Assembly: GCA_951406725.2 (NCBI GenBank)
Contig: OX597818.1
Coordinates: 9,858,001 to 9,922,000, forward strand
Reading direction: 5' to 3'
Length of the DNA: 64,000 nucleotides
Source of the DNA: Octopus vulgaris
Lineage: Eukaryota
Position numbers and translations under genes: made by a program. The notes under the pieces were generated by a model, which ran no database searches, was not told the origin of the DNA, and saw only the letters and a list, made by a program, of their open reading frames with translations. Below are positions 11,667-25,062 of the stretch, in pieces (the first letter of the stretch is position 1; each line of letters opens with the position of its first letter).

Positions 11667-11840
11667 CCACTCTTTCTCTCTTTCTCCATTTTCTTTCTAT
11701 CTCATTCTTTTCTCCATTCATATCACCATGTGACTCATCTCTCTCTTTATACTTCTAATCTTCTTTCTCTCTTTCATTTTCCTCAGTATTCTACACAAAC
11801 ACACACACACACACATACATATATATACATGCACATACAA

Positions 11841-11890
<50 letters not shown>

Positions 11891-12588
11891 TTTTTCTACC
11901 TCTCTCAGTACTGAAATACCTTTATCTCTCTCTCTCTCCCTTTTACTTCTTCCCTTACTCTTTCTCACTCTTTCACTCTCTTTCTCTCTCTCTCGTTTTC
12001 CATTACATCTTCACTCCATTTATCCTTCCTCCTTATCCTTCATTATACGTCTCTTATCTCCCTTTACATCTTTTCCTCTTTTACACTTTCTTCATACGCT
12101 GTTCCTCTTTCTCTCTATTACTACCTTCCTCTTTCCTTCCACCCATCCTTTTTTTCTTTTCCCCCTCTCTTTTTTAAACGTTTCCTCCCTATATTCTTAC
12201 TCTCTTTTTCTCCTTACTCTTCATTACACTTCTCTTATCTACGTTCTTTCCTTCAAGTTATTCATTTCCCTCTCTAACCAGAATGCGGTGCGATCTTAAC
12301 ATAATTTGGGTCAGTATATGTCGGTCTGTATATGCGTATATACGAGTATAAGGAAGGAATATATATGCGTATATTTCATTGGGTATGTGCGTGTCAGTAT
12401 GTAGGAAGGGGATTTACGATCTTTCAGTCTGTATGTCGTAGCGTTCCAAGTATGTCTGCGTATGTCGGTAATTGTGTGTATGAGTATGTATGAAGAATAT
12501 GTAAGTCTCCGTGTATCTGTGTCTGTGTAGGTTGTGTAATTATGCGTTGTAAATACTTTGCTCTGTAGTCGTGCATATGTGTGCGTGC

Positions 12589-12632
<44 letters not shown>

Positions 12633-14208
12633 TAAGAGGATTTTCCTCTGCTTATGCTGTACAAATGTTTGTATATGTGTATATATTTGTATTTATGTCT
12701 AAATGTGTACGAAAATATTTTAATGAAATGCTATGTGTCTGCGTCATCGGTAGTCTGTGCATGTGTGTATGTTAATGTGTATTTACATGTGCAGTTTATG
12801 TCTATGTGTGCATCTTCCGTATATGTATATGAGTGCGTGCGTTTGTTTGTGTATGCACGTTGTAATACGACTTTGTGTGTGTGTGTGTGTATTGCATCTG
12901 AATATCTATGTGTATGTATATTTTAACACAATTTTCTCTGTGTGAGTATGTGTATCGAGAGTGTATATCTATGCGCCTGTATCTGTATGTGTGCATTTCC
13001 ATGTCTGTATATGTGTATTTATGTATGTTGAAAGAGATTTTTTGTGTTGCCAGAGTGCGTGCGTTTGTCTATGCGTCTCTATGTGTGTGTATATGTGTGT
13101 GTGTTTGTGTGCTCGTGTATATGTATGTATGTGTGCATGTATGTGGTAGGAGTATTCACAAACTACAAAATCAAATTGTTAACCTTGATATTGTTACATA
13201 TTTCAAGAGATAACAATCGAAATGTTAGAATGTCTCTCGCAGACAACATGGTTTCTTTATTTTATTTTTCATTTCTTTTATCATCTTTATATGTTGCTAT
13301 TATTATTACTTTATTGTTGTTGTTTTTTTGTTATCAGTAGCTACTGCCACGAAATTAGTTCACAACAGCAGGACTCCTAGATTAATAAGATTACAACATC
13401 CTCTAAGGAATATTACAACAATAACAGCAGTAGCATCAATAACCACATCAACAACAACAACAACGTCATCTAAGGCAGTGTGTATAGATCTCCTGCAACG
13501 ACAACAAAAAAAAGCTTTGATCTTAACTTTAAATTATATAGATCTTACATCTTTAAACCGTTATAGATATATGACTACGACGTCATAGTTGTCATCAAGG
13601 ATATATATCGGATCGTGAATGCTTGCAGGCTTATAAAGAAAGCCGCATATAATTGCTCCGCCATGTTGTTTATTCCCGTATGTTTCATCTGGAATTACTT
13701 TTGAATATTTCACCAGATATCACACTGGTTCGGAAGGTGCTACGAAGGTCGTAGGACAGCGTATTTTCTCCTCACAAGACCTACAAGAAAGGAAGTGTTA
13801 AAGATGCTTGTACACACGATGGTCAACTCTTCGGCTTCTTGGTTTTATCAAACAAAAGTGTTTTAATTTTGCGATAGTTTGTGTTATGTTATAAAAAAGC
13901 TGAGATTGTGAATTATATTTTTGTTGTGAAGAAAAGAAATTTAAATTATTCGAGCAGAATCCTTTGTCACAGAAAGAAGAAATGTTAAATAAGTTGATAT
14001 TTCAGCTCTTTGTTCGAATCGTTAGGTTTGTCTTTCTCCTCTCAGCATAAAAAAATATTCCAGTGTTTGAAATAATTTCGTTTACTTTTTACCGGCACAA
14101 ACCAAACCTGTTTCACAAGGCTGAATCAGTTTTGTTGTATTTTAAGTTAGCACGCGTACGTAGCAGAGACACGAAGTATGCAGCTGCCCGACAACATCGT
14201 AATCGGCG

Positions 14209-14224
14209 TCATTGTCATCATCAA

Positions 14225-14286
<62 letters not shown>

Positions 14287-14415
14287 CCACCACCACCACC
14301 ACCACCATCACCATTTTCATCATCATTATCATCATCACCATTACCATCATCATCATCATCATCATCATCGTTGTCGTCGTCGTAATTATCATCATTATCG
14401 CCATCATCATCATTA
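14209..14415. repeat. (CAT)n/(CAC)n compound microsatellite
   Basis: Direct reading; it produces the spurious poly-His ORF. Confidence 0.95.
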
Positions 14416-15084
14416 CATACCTACCATTATCCTCATCTTGAATGTTCTCATCTCGAATGTTCTCATCATCATCGTCATCGTTGTCATCATCACTTTTAGC
14501 AGCAACAGCTGCAGCGCCACCACCAACACCAACACCACTGCCACCCCCACCATCATCACTACCACCACTACCGCCACCATCGCCATCAACATTATCTCCG
14601 TATGTTTGCTTTACGAGTTACCTCATACTCCAAAATCAAATTAACACTGATTTTACTACGTAACCCTTTATTTTCTCTTATTCTCAATTTCAAACTGATA
14701 TCTTTCCAGCATTGTATATATCTACATTTAGTGATGTTATGATTCATTGCTATATGCTGATGTATCACAATCTCATATGGTACTATGTTATATTGCAATA
14801 TAAAGGTACGCATGTGACAATATCACATGATGTTCTGTGCCAGTGTGTTACAATGTTAGATAATAGTCATATAATCATCGCTATCATTTCGTCGATTATA
14901 TTTCCTCTTAGATCGCAAACATAATACACAATTCAGATTATTTGTCGGCCAATTGCTGCCTTCATTATCAATCAAATGATGTGTGAATGGCTTCTATGCA
15001 GACGCACGATCTGCTAGAATCAATACCCAAAACCTTCTTTAAACAAAGTCTGCCACTTTCGAAAAAGAAGAAACCATTTATACT

Positions 15085-15305
15085 ATAATCCTTTCTATTA
15101 TAGGCACAAGGCCTTAAATTTGTGGGGAGAAGACTAGCCGATTACATCGACCCTAATTTTTCACAGGTAATTAATTTATCGATTCCGAAAGGATAAAAGG
15201 TAAAGTCGACCTCGGCGGAATTGTAACACAGAACGTAGCAACATGTATAATACCGCTAGGCATTTCGTCCAGCGCGCTAACAATTCTGCCAGCTCCCTGC
15301 CTTCA
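15085..15305 (-). mobile_element. SINE family B
   Basis: Reverse complement of the ggcgg-gagctggcagaa...ttccgccgaggtcgacttt...ggccttgtgcct family seen at 15961. Confidence 0.8.
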
Positions 15306-15960
15306 TCATAAATGCTATAATAAGCCGGGATGGTCACAGATCGAATGTCTTTTGTCGGAGAACTTCTCAATGAGTAACAATGATATTACAGTAATATTTT
15401 GTATTATTCAAAGACGCAATCATGTTCTTTAAGAGGCAAACTGTTTATCTCTATGTTAAATTACAATTCTTTTAGTTAACTACGACTGCAATCGTTTTCC
15501 CCCGTGTTCGATCATGTCTTATGCCTCACCTGAGCTAATCATCGACGATAGTGAATATTCTATCTTGTTATGTTAACTGAGATAGAATTATATTCTTTCT
15601 AGTGAGAACTGTGTCTCACCTCAATTTAACGCTATGACACTAAAACTATAACACAGAACTTTCATTTTCGTAAAGAGCCCAATGATCTAAGAACTCATTT
15701 GTAACTTTGCTGGTAAAGCATATCTCATATCCAACGAACTATAACAAAATACTTTTTTCTGGTAACTGCAGTTTTCTAAATTTATTACTTTCTGAAATAT
15801 TTTGTCAAACACGGAACATAAAACAACGCTATATAACTATACATTAAATTAACTCATATCATCATCATCATTACTGCCACGCAACGTTGTGTGCCATGAA
15901 TATATATAACTATATGGCCTTATCTCAAAACTTTGTATTGCAATATCATATGTGGTATAA

Positions 15961-16175
15961 GGCGGTGAGTTGGCAGAATCGTTAGCACGCCAGGCGAAAT
16001 GCTTAGCAGTATTTCGTCTGTCTTTACGTTCTGAGTTCAAATTCCGCCGAGGTCGACTTTGCCTTTCATCTTTTCGGAGTCGATTAATTAAGCAGCAGTT
16101 GTGTACTGGGGTCGATCCAATCAACTGGTCCCCTCCCCCAAAATTCCGGTCCTTGTGCCTAGAGTAGAAACGAAT
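15961..16175 (+). mobile_element. SINE family B
   Basis: A-box-like TGGCAGAATCGTT, B-box-like GAGTTCAAATTCC, and core gccgaggtcgactttgcctttcatc. More than ten copies occur in the window. Confidence 0.85.
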
Positions 16176-16484
16176 ATCATATGCACTATTCGAGATAGTC
16201 GCATGCAATCCTAAGCTAATCTAAGAACTGCATAACATTGCCGTATAACATCATATTGCCGATCATATCTTCATTTACAATATCATTAGAGAATATCATA
16301 TAACAGGGGTTATAAGCGATTAAAAGCTTTTCTTAATGTTTTCTGTATATAGTTTAGCTTATGAATAGTAACTATTGTTAAGAAATAAATGTTAAAATTT
16401 TGTAGAGGATATATTTGATAGAAACGTGAGCCCTCAGGAATCTGAAATCACAATAAAGTAACACGACATTAGCATCATGTTGTG

Positions 16485-16609
<125 letters not shown>

Positions 16610-16965
16610 ACTTATTCTTTTATTTGCGGAAAGGGCTCACATAAAATAACATTAAAAGACATGCAACATCATAAAAGAGAAAAACAGGACAATACAATGG
16701 TTTTCCGCATGTTAACAATACAAATAACAATTAAAATTGAAAAAACTAAAACTTTCAATACGGGAGGAGCTTTAAGGTCCTCATGAAAAAACCCACAAAA
16801 GTCACGGATGCTTGATCAAAAGGGCGTTTAATTCCCTTTTCACAGATGCACGCTCAGAACTGGTCCCTTCACATTGGCCATTCATCCAACATTTACCAAC
16901 CTTTCAACAAACTTGCCACAAGGCAACACTTCCCTCTCCACCCTCAACTCCCTTTTCAAGAGAAG
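16610..16965 (-). mobile_element. 3' end of a Tx1/L1-clade LINE
   Basis: The minus strand encodes ...LRVEREVLPCGKFVERLVNV...MANVKGPVLSVHL*, homologous to the ORF2 C-terminus at 20520-20637 (LRVEREGLSSSKFIERWVNVVKMARVD). A 3' UTR follows. Confidence 0.75.
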
Positions 16966-17125
16966 CTTAACATTTATTTCTTAACAACTTGAAAAAGTTG
17001 AGGGTTTGCCATTTGGCAATCTTCGTATCTGAGAGGGAATTTGCCTGGGTATTCTCAGAGATCTTGGACGGCTGGATTCCTCGATTATGCCTAGAGTTCC
17101 TCCTATGACAAGAGCACTACATCAC

Positions 17126-17289
17126 TATCTACATTATTTACATTATTTACATTTGACGGATATTTGTCCTCATCTTTGTTGTTAACACAACGTTTCGGCT
17201 GATATATTCCCTCCAGCCTTCATCAGGTGTCTTGGGGAAATTTCAAACCAGGGTTCTCATTCCTAAGGTATTTTTCGATGTTGTTGCTG

Positions 17290-17343
<54 letters not shown>

Positions 17344-17482
17344 TCACTGCCTGGAATCGGACTCGGAATCTTGGGGTTAGTAGCCCGCGCTCTAAACCAC
17401 TAAGCCATATGCCTGTGATCGTTCGGTCAAATGTAGATAATGTAAGTAATGTACATAATTTCTCATCTCTTAAATATAGAAC
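17126..17482 (-). mobile_element. tRNA-headed SINE-like element carrying a hammerhead ribozyme, with an inverted copy of its 3' tail at the 5' end
   Basis: Minus strand order: tRNA-like head 17413-17338 (A box TGGCTTAGTGG, B box GTCCGATTCC), (AAT)n, hammerhead 17231-17184, then tail gtcaaatgtaaataatgtaaataatgta. The same tail recurs on the plus strand from 17426. Confidence 0.75.
17184..17231 (-). ncRNA. Minimal type I hammerhead ribozyme, canonical core
   Basis: GACAC-CUGAUGA-A-GGCUG(GAGGGAAUAUAU)CAGCC-GAAAC-GUU^GUGUU. Stem I is 5 bp, stem II is 5 bp, and stem III is the palindrome ACGU. Confidence 0.85.
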
Positions 17483-17820
17483 TTCACATCACTATCATCC
17501 TTTTTCCTTTCATTTTTCTGTATGTTTCCTTTCTTTCGTCTATTGCATACTGTGAACACTTCCTATGCGGGCGCATACTCACACACATGTACATACATAT
17601 GTATGAAGGCATATATCTATCTGTCTATCTTTCTATCTATTTATATTATCATTTCATTATATGTAAACACCCACACTAGATGTCTATCTTTGTATTGTCT
17701 CCCTCATCCTTCACTTTGGTGACAAATAAAAGAAATCATTATTATTATTATTATTAGTAGTAGTAATAGTGGTGGTGGTGGTGGTGGTGGTGGTGATGGT
17801 GGTAGTAGTAGTAGTAGTAG

Positions 17821-18108
17821 TATTCTAACGTAGTTACTCGTTGCCAATTATTGTAGTATCACCGCAACAACGGAACAATCCAACAAACTTTCCACGAAAT
17901 AAACACGAACCAACAGACAATATTCTGACAAAATACCAAAACGACACATTACGATTTCCTGCGATTAACGCCTACTCTGTCCCATCTCTCACTCAGATCA
18001 CTCCTGTTTATAGTCGTTTGGTCAAGCCTATTCTCACAGGAGATTTCGACTTTCGTAGGGAATGAAATTTATTTTATTATTAATTTTTTTCTTTCTTTCT
18101 TTCCAACA
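17821..18108 (-). mobile_element. 3' LTR of a Gypsy-like retrotransposon
   Basis: On the minus strand a polypurine tract AAAAAGGGAGAGG (18121-18109) is followed directly by TGTTGG. The far end reads ...AGAATA (decayed AACA). It lies downstream of the integrase. Confidence 0.65.
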
Positions 18109-18213
18109 CCTCTCCCTTTTTGAAATTTTGCTTCCCTAAGGAGTTCAGTACATTTTCCTCCTAAGAATTATTTCTAAATATTCAATATGTTTACATTTTC
18201 TATTACTGCTCCT

Positions 18214-18925
18214 TCAAGGTTCAATCTCTTTCGGTGCTGGCACATCGAATACATCGTAAAACACTCCCATTGAAATTTCCTTCCTTTCATCTCTATGTCT
18301 AAATTCTAATTGATTTAGGTGTCGTTTATGCTTCCATCGTTGGTCTTTTATTAAATACATCGTGTTTCCAACTATTCTAGCCACTACTCTATCCTGCCAA
18401 CTCTCTACCGTTCTTGTATACTTTGAAACTGAATTTTTCTCATACATCACAATGTTTAGTTGAATTTTTAGTATTTTCTCTATACGGTTTTTTCCTTTGG
18501 CAACAATACGTCGAAGATCGATTTAATCTTTCGAACAAACATTAGCTCTGCAGGCGACTTGCCTGAACTGGTATTCAGATTGGGCGTTATTCTGTACACC
18601 CTTAAGAATTTAGTTAGCATTTCGTCATAGTTACTTCCTAACACATTCCTTGCATTTTTAGCGCTCACCTGAAAGTATCTACGAATCGTTCTGCCTTCCC
18701 CCTTGACCTCGGGTTGTAGGACGGGGTAAACTTGTGCTTGATTGCTTGCATTTTGCAGAATTTCCTGAACTCGTATCCAGTAAATTGTGCTCCGTTGTCC
18801 AGTATTATGGTGACCGGACACCGTATCGAGCAAAGATTTCGTGCCGGAACTTTATTGTTGCCTTCGAAGTTGGTTGACTGCACCGCATTATTCCGGCCAC
18901 TTGGTAAAGCTATCAACAATGATCA
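18214..18925 (-). pseudogene. Gypsy/Ty3 integrase remnant (frameshifted)
   Basis: IVDSFTKWPE; PVTIILDNGAQFTGYEFRKFC; TPSYNPRSRGKAERFVDTF; FLRVYRITPN...GKSPAELMFVRKIKSIFD; KRHLNQL. Confidence 0.9.
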
Positions 18926-20940
18926 TTGGAAGGGCCATTCACTGGCCCATCGTCGGTAGCTTGGTCGGAGAAGCGCAAACGTGCGCAATCCCGAACAGGT
19001 TTACGACAACCTCCACCTTATGCGATATATCATAGAGAGGGCTGGACCAAAGCTGGCTTCATGAGTTCTCAGATCAATTTGGATCAATCAACAGGGTCGA
19101 TAGGGTTGACAATTGTTACTTGGGAGTCAGTCTGAAAGTAGGCAGTGCTGGATCCGTTTTCAGAGGTTGGCTGCAATGTACATCGGCACATGTTTAGTGA
19201 TCAAAGTAAATGGTCATCTATCGGAGCCGTTTGGCATCGCATTCTCGGTTCGTCAGGGTTGCTGACTATTACCTCCTCTATACGTATTAGCACTTGAACC
19301 ACTGCTGCAGAATTTCGGAACAGCTAAGGGACATCCCTTTCGAACTGGGGAAAAGAAGGGCAGTGTCGGAATACGAAGACGTCGTCACCGACAAGGTGTC
19401 AGATGCCTTCGAAGAAGAGACGGTCGACATCATCCTAAAGGAATACGAGTCGGTTATAGGGGTTAAGATTAAAGCCGACAAATCATTGGGTTTGCAGTTG
19501 CACTCCTTCAGAGGTAGGATGATGCTATCAGACGGCGTCATTGGACGCTGGACCGACGAACCAGTTAAACAACTCCGGGTATGGTTTGGTCCCGACCTCC
19601 AGGTATAAGAACTGGGATGTGGCGAACAGTGTGGCCAGTCTTACCTAGAAATAGGCTGATAGGAAGCTGTTCCTGAAAGGTCGGGCAGAGGTGGCGAATG
19701 CCTACATCACCTCCGTTTTTATCGCCTGACCGTTGTGTCTTGTCCCGGTTACTGCTTGACCAGGTTGGAGTGTCTCTTATTAAAATTCTTGTGGAAAGGG
19801 TGCGTTCTAATGGTGAGGTAGCCATTACATACACGCTCTTTGCTTACGATTTCTAGACGGTGAGCGTGAATGGGCTCAGTTTGTGAGGATCGTCTTTCCA
19901 CAGCTCATCTCCTTCACGGAGCTACAGTCCTGGTTGAAGAAAAGACTGAGAATGAACACCTGGTACCTAGAATGTTGTCAGGTGCTCGCAGCCCTCTCCC
20001 AGTTGGGCAATAGGATCGATGGATGTTCCGCTTTAGAGATTTATAGAGGATTAGTAGCAGGGAAGAGACTATAGAGGCCGACGAAAATGACCTAGCTAGT
20101 CTGTTCCGGTCGGGAACTATCTTGAATAATTTCCAGATGTCCTTTGCCTGGCAATGCTACCGGGGAACTCTACCGGTTCAAGATAAACTCTACAAGCACA
20201 GATGTGCTCTCAGACGGACTTGTCCTTGGAGTGCGAAGAGTGACGAAACAGTTTTGCACGTACTTGTTCAGTGTTCAGGCATTGCTGACTTGTGGGGTTA
20301 CGTCTAACCGCTGCTGTCACGTGTGGGACGGATTCGTCTGTCGGACGAGTGTGGAGTGATGATTGCCCCGCTGATCTCCTTCAATCGGGCAGGTAAGGAA
20401 GTTTTCCTTTGCCTGGTGGTTGTGGCAAAAGAGGTTGTTTAGTGGACAAGGCTGAAAGGCATGAGGTCAGATACATTCCTCTTTGGTAGAGCTCTCATTG
20501 AATTCTTCAAATTTCACTTGAAAAGGAAATTGAGAGTGGAGAGGGAAGGGCTGTCCTCGAGTAAGTTTATTGAAAGGTGGGTGAACGTTGTGAAAATGGC
20601 AAGAGTGGATGATACCTTCATCAATGTAGACCTGTAAGTCGGAGAGAAGGAACTGGAGAGGGCACTTGCTCTAGATGTTCAGGGAAATTTCGAACAGTGG
20701 TGTTCCTCGATTAACCCTCGAGGTCCTTCTTTATCAGGAGGGCTACGTCTTTATTATCCTCCGCATCCCATTTTTTTTTATTTTCTGAAACCTTTGTATA
20801 CTATGTATATGTCCCTTCTTCTCAGTGTATACCGTGTACACTTACCCGTTTTTTGAATTATCATGTTATTATATCAAAACTCACACGCTTTATGTCTGTC
20901 GTTATATTGTCTTCGCCCTCGAGGCAAATAGATGAAATCA
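18926..20940 (+). pseudogene. Tx1/L1-clade LINE ORF2 remnant with 3' UTR, 5'-truncated and heavily degraded
   Basis: EAQTCAIPNR, INLDQS..DRVD, VNGHLSEPF..SVRQG, LALEPLL, decayed YADD (EYEDVVT), WFGPDLQV, and the zf-RVT-like WQCYRGTLPVQDKL...CPW...ETVLHVLVQC. Stop at 20637. Confidence 0.88.
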
Positions 20941-20946
20941 CTATTT

Positions 20947-21144
20947 AGAAGAAGAAGAAGAAGAAGAAGAAGAAGAAGAAGAAGAAGAAGAAGAAGAAGA
21001 AGAAGAAGAAGAAGAAGAAGAAGAAGAAGAAAAAGAAGAAGAAGAAGAAGAAGAAGAAGAAGAAGAAGAAGAAGAAGAAGAAGAAGAAGAAGAAGAAGAA
21101 GAAGAAGAAGAAGAAGAAGAAGAAGAAGAAGAAGAAGAAGAAGA
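20947..21144. repeat. (GAA)n microsatellite, about 200 bp
   Basis: Near-perfect run with one interruption. Confidence 0.97.
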
Positions 21145-21284
21145 ATATGTTGCTTGTTTTAACCTCGATAAGTTCTGACTGATTATACCTAACACCAGAC
21201 GAATTACATCCTTAAACATCAGCTTGTGCTTGAGAAATGTACCATGCAATACGCACATTATCACATTTTTCTTTGCATGTGCGA

Positions 21285-21316
<32 letters not shown>

Positions 21317-21873
21317 TGGGAGTTGTTTGAAATAACTTTGACTGCCTCTTGTAAAAATTCGAATAAATATCAAGAAGACACACAATTTCTCAAAATATTA
21401 TTGATAATTTCTAAAATTATCAAATGCCACACTACTTGAGCTGTAAATATTGCAGCAGTTACAATAAGAGACATGCCATGACTGGTAGGATACAAATTCG
21501 CAAGACAGCAGAGTGAACTAAACACCGCAAGCCGTTTTGTCACTGCAGGATGTGATTTTAGAATATAGAGACATCAAAGTTACTAATCTAAAAGTAATTT
21601 AGCCCAAAGCTCAACTGTTTCTGCCAGGCACAAGTTTCAATAAACTGTATGTGTTTATAGATTCACTAAAATGGTGTCAAGAGATGTCGTTGTCGTTTTG
21701 CCACAGGTGAGCATGATCGGATAGAACATTGATGAACAGTATTTTATTAATAAATATCCCGTCTTTTTCTCAGACACATTGCATCATAGACCGCATTATC
21801 CGATCTGTCCAAATATTTTTTTTTGACATAGCTTGTGTGAGTTGAGGGAGTTTTGGTTCGCATTTCTAGAAAT

Positions 21874-21912
<39 letters not shown>

Positions 21913-21919
21913 TTATGCG

Positions 21920-22135
21920 CCCTTTTCAATGGTTTCTATGGTGTATGTGTTCTCCCCAGATGGACGGGACGCCAGTCCATCGCAGCGTTACTCAAGAAAC
22001 AGGAAGAAAGCCACCACTCCCTGCCGGAGCCTCGTGTATTTTCGCTCAATAAACACACACAACGCCCGGTCTGGGAATCGAAACCACGATCCTCCGATCG
22101 CAATCCGCTGCCCTAACCACTGGGCCATTGCGCCT

Positions 22136-22138
<3 letters not shown>
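21920..22138 (-). mobile_element. tRNA-derived SINE, family D
   Basis: Minus strand: ggaggcgcaaTGGCCCAGTGGttagggcagcgg...GGTTTCGATTCCcagaccgggcgttgtg. Confidence 0.75.
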
Positions 22139-22196
<58 letters not shown>

Positions 22197-22266
22197 CATA
22201 CATACATACATACATACATACATACATACATACATACATACATACATACAATATATATATATATAT

Positions 22267-22360
22267 AGTTTCTATTTACCAAATCCACTCACAAGGTTTT
22301 AGCCGTCTCGTGGCTATAATAGAAGAAGTTACCAGCCCAACGTGCCACGCAGTGGGAATC
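22267..22360 (-). mobile_element. SINE family A fragment
   Basis: ccaaatccactcacaagg...gtgccacgcagtggga is the reverse complement of the family A body. Confidence 0.65.
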
Positions 22361-22793
22361 AAACGCCTGATTAAGGTTATCCATGCAATTAGTTGAGGAA
22401 CGATCACCCTCTGAATGTATTTAAGATTTCAAATCATTTATCAAGAGCAATATCTTCAGTGAATTGTGTTTTCCTTGGTTGGTTAGAATGGGAACAGTTG
22501 ACGTATACATAAAAATAGAGAGAAAGGAATGATACTGATAGTGAATATTAACAACAGAATTGAGAAAAATACCCCAGGAGTGTAGTTATGTATACTATCT
22601 GCACATACGGATGAACCTCACACAATATAGTGAGCTGAAAATATTATATCACATATTATATATTATTATTTCTAGCAAATCTAGGGGCTCCCAATGTGTT
22701 GCGTCTAATCAACCGTACAATCATAGTTGTCTTTTCCTATTTAGCTTCTTTTCAACTCACACAGAGCACAGCCATGAGGGAAGGCGTTCCTAG

Positions 22794-22880
<87 letters not shown>

Positions 22881-23371
22881 TGTATATATAATGTGTACCT
22901 AGGACATTATTTTTTAATGTATCTTTTTACTTTTCTCATTAACATTCTAAAGTAAGATCCGAGAAAGTTTTGCCTGCTACTTCCAGCATGCTGAGCGAAT
23001 CAGGTAGGTTTTCTCAAGTAGCCTGGTCATGTGAATAGTATAATGACATGGAGATATATCAATAGCATAGCTGCAAGGTAGTTTCGGATTGGTAAATTGG
23101 TGATCACTGGAGATGACATGATGTATGTCTTTAAACATAGCATTATAATGTATCGATTGTTGCTAGCTCAATGCATCCCTACTTCCTTCAAGGATTTCTA
23201 GTTCACTCTTCATCACAAGCATAATTGTAGCATGATAATATGGCATGTCATTAAGTACTAGTTGTCATCGAATAGTTCCAGAAATATGACACTCAACTCT
23301 CAGCTTACATGAACAGCTCACCGGAATGTCTATCGAATATATGTGGTGGGGACGGAGGTGTTTGTGTATGC

Positions 23372-23408
<37 letters not shown>

Positions 23409-24870
23409 TATGTATATATCATATACGTATATATACATGTATGTAAATATATGTGCAAATCTACATATATCTGTATATATATGTAAAGGTGTATCTATAA
23501 ATTATTTTACACTTTATATATTTATAGATATAAGAATATGGTATTTATAGGTACATATGTGTGTGTATGTACATATGTATATATATATATATATCAATAT
23601 ATGTGTGTGCATGTATGTACGTATGTATGTAAATGTATGCATGTATGTGTGCGTGTTTACATACGTATGTATGCATGTTTGTATAATACAAAGAGGAACG
23701 GCACCGATTTTCCTGCGACTGATTATCCGGTTTCCTTAATCAGTATAAATTACGATGGTGAACCCAAAATTCTCGTAACCCCTAGTGTTGTTTACTACAT
23801 GACTACGGTTGTTTCTGTGCATGCTATATGGTTATCTGCATCACCTACGCAGCAATTGTTTGTGTAATACCAACATTTTGAGAGATCATCTCCTTATTTA
23901 TGCTAACCTGAGCTATGACTACTACTGCTAAGGCAACTAAGAGCATCAGTGACAGAAACTTAAAAGTTATTTTATATAGAACCTGTATAAAAAAAGAACA
24001 GTTGAAAAAACCGGTCCATGGTTTTTCGGGACGGGAGATGTTGATGAATTATTATTAGAGGAGAATGTATCGGCCGGCAAAATGGTTAATCTTTCAAGGC
24101 CGGATATTTGATGGTGTAACTGTATATAATTTTCCAATAAAGTTTCAAGAGTCAGAAGAAAACAGTGTTTTGTATATTAGATAATAAAATGGTTGTATTG
24201 TTTATACCATATTATAAATTTTATTTCATTGTCTCTTATGAAAACGAATCAATAATATTGTGTAGATAATGCATGCATACATACACCTACACACATATAC
24301 ACATGTATGTCTGTACGTATGTATGTATGTATATATGTATGTATGTATTATGTATGTTTGAATGTTTGCACGTATGTATGTGTGTGCATGTGTATATGTG
24401 TAAGTTAGATTAAAGCTAGACGCTCAATAAGTTCACTTCGCAGCCAAGGTTCCAGATTTGATCTCACTGCGTAGCTTTTGGGGCAAATGTTATTTTCTAT
24501 ATCTTCAGGTCAACCCATATCTTGACAATGAAATTGGATAGATGAAATTACACAGAAGGCCATTCAGATAGATTGTACAAGTAATTCAAATGTTACAGAC
24601 ATGTCATGCACTATGCCGTGCTAGTTCTTCCTGAAATTTTCGTTAAGAATACACAAGTCAATGGAATACGCGACTGCTTTCTACTTAACTCCGAGAGCAG
24701 TTAATTCAGTTGATCTAACCAGCTGAAATATCATAGTCGAAAACAACGGAGATCCATTCACCCATTGAAATAGATAATTGTGTGTGTGTATGTTCGTGCT
24801 TACGTGTGTATGAATATATATATGAAGAGGCTCGTTACTGTTCACAACTTTTAACATATTGTTCATCCAA

Positions 24871-25062
24871 AAGCAATGAGCTGGCACAATCGTTAGCACG
24901 TTTCGTCCGTCTTTAGATTCAGAGTTCAAATTCCGCCGAGGTCGACTTTACTTTCTATCATTTCGGGGTCGATAAAAGAAGTAACAGCTGAATGCTAAAG
25001 TCCATGTAATCGACTTACTCCTTCCCAAAATTGCTGGGCTTGTACCAAAGAATTTGAAATCA
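24871..25062 (+). mobile_element. SINE family B (duplicate at about 35058-35245)
   Basis: gagctggcacaatcgttagc...gagttcaaattccgccgaggtcgac. Confidence 0.8.

Noticed and set aside
14063-14644. Poly-His protein ORF
   Set aside because: Driven by a (CAT)n microsatellite, with no domain.
17338-17413. Functional tRNA gene
   Set aside because: No proper acceptor stem and a mutated T-loop. It is a SINE head, like the other tRNA-like heads in the window.
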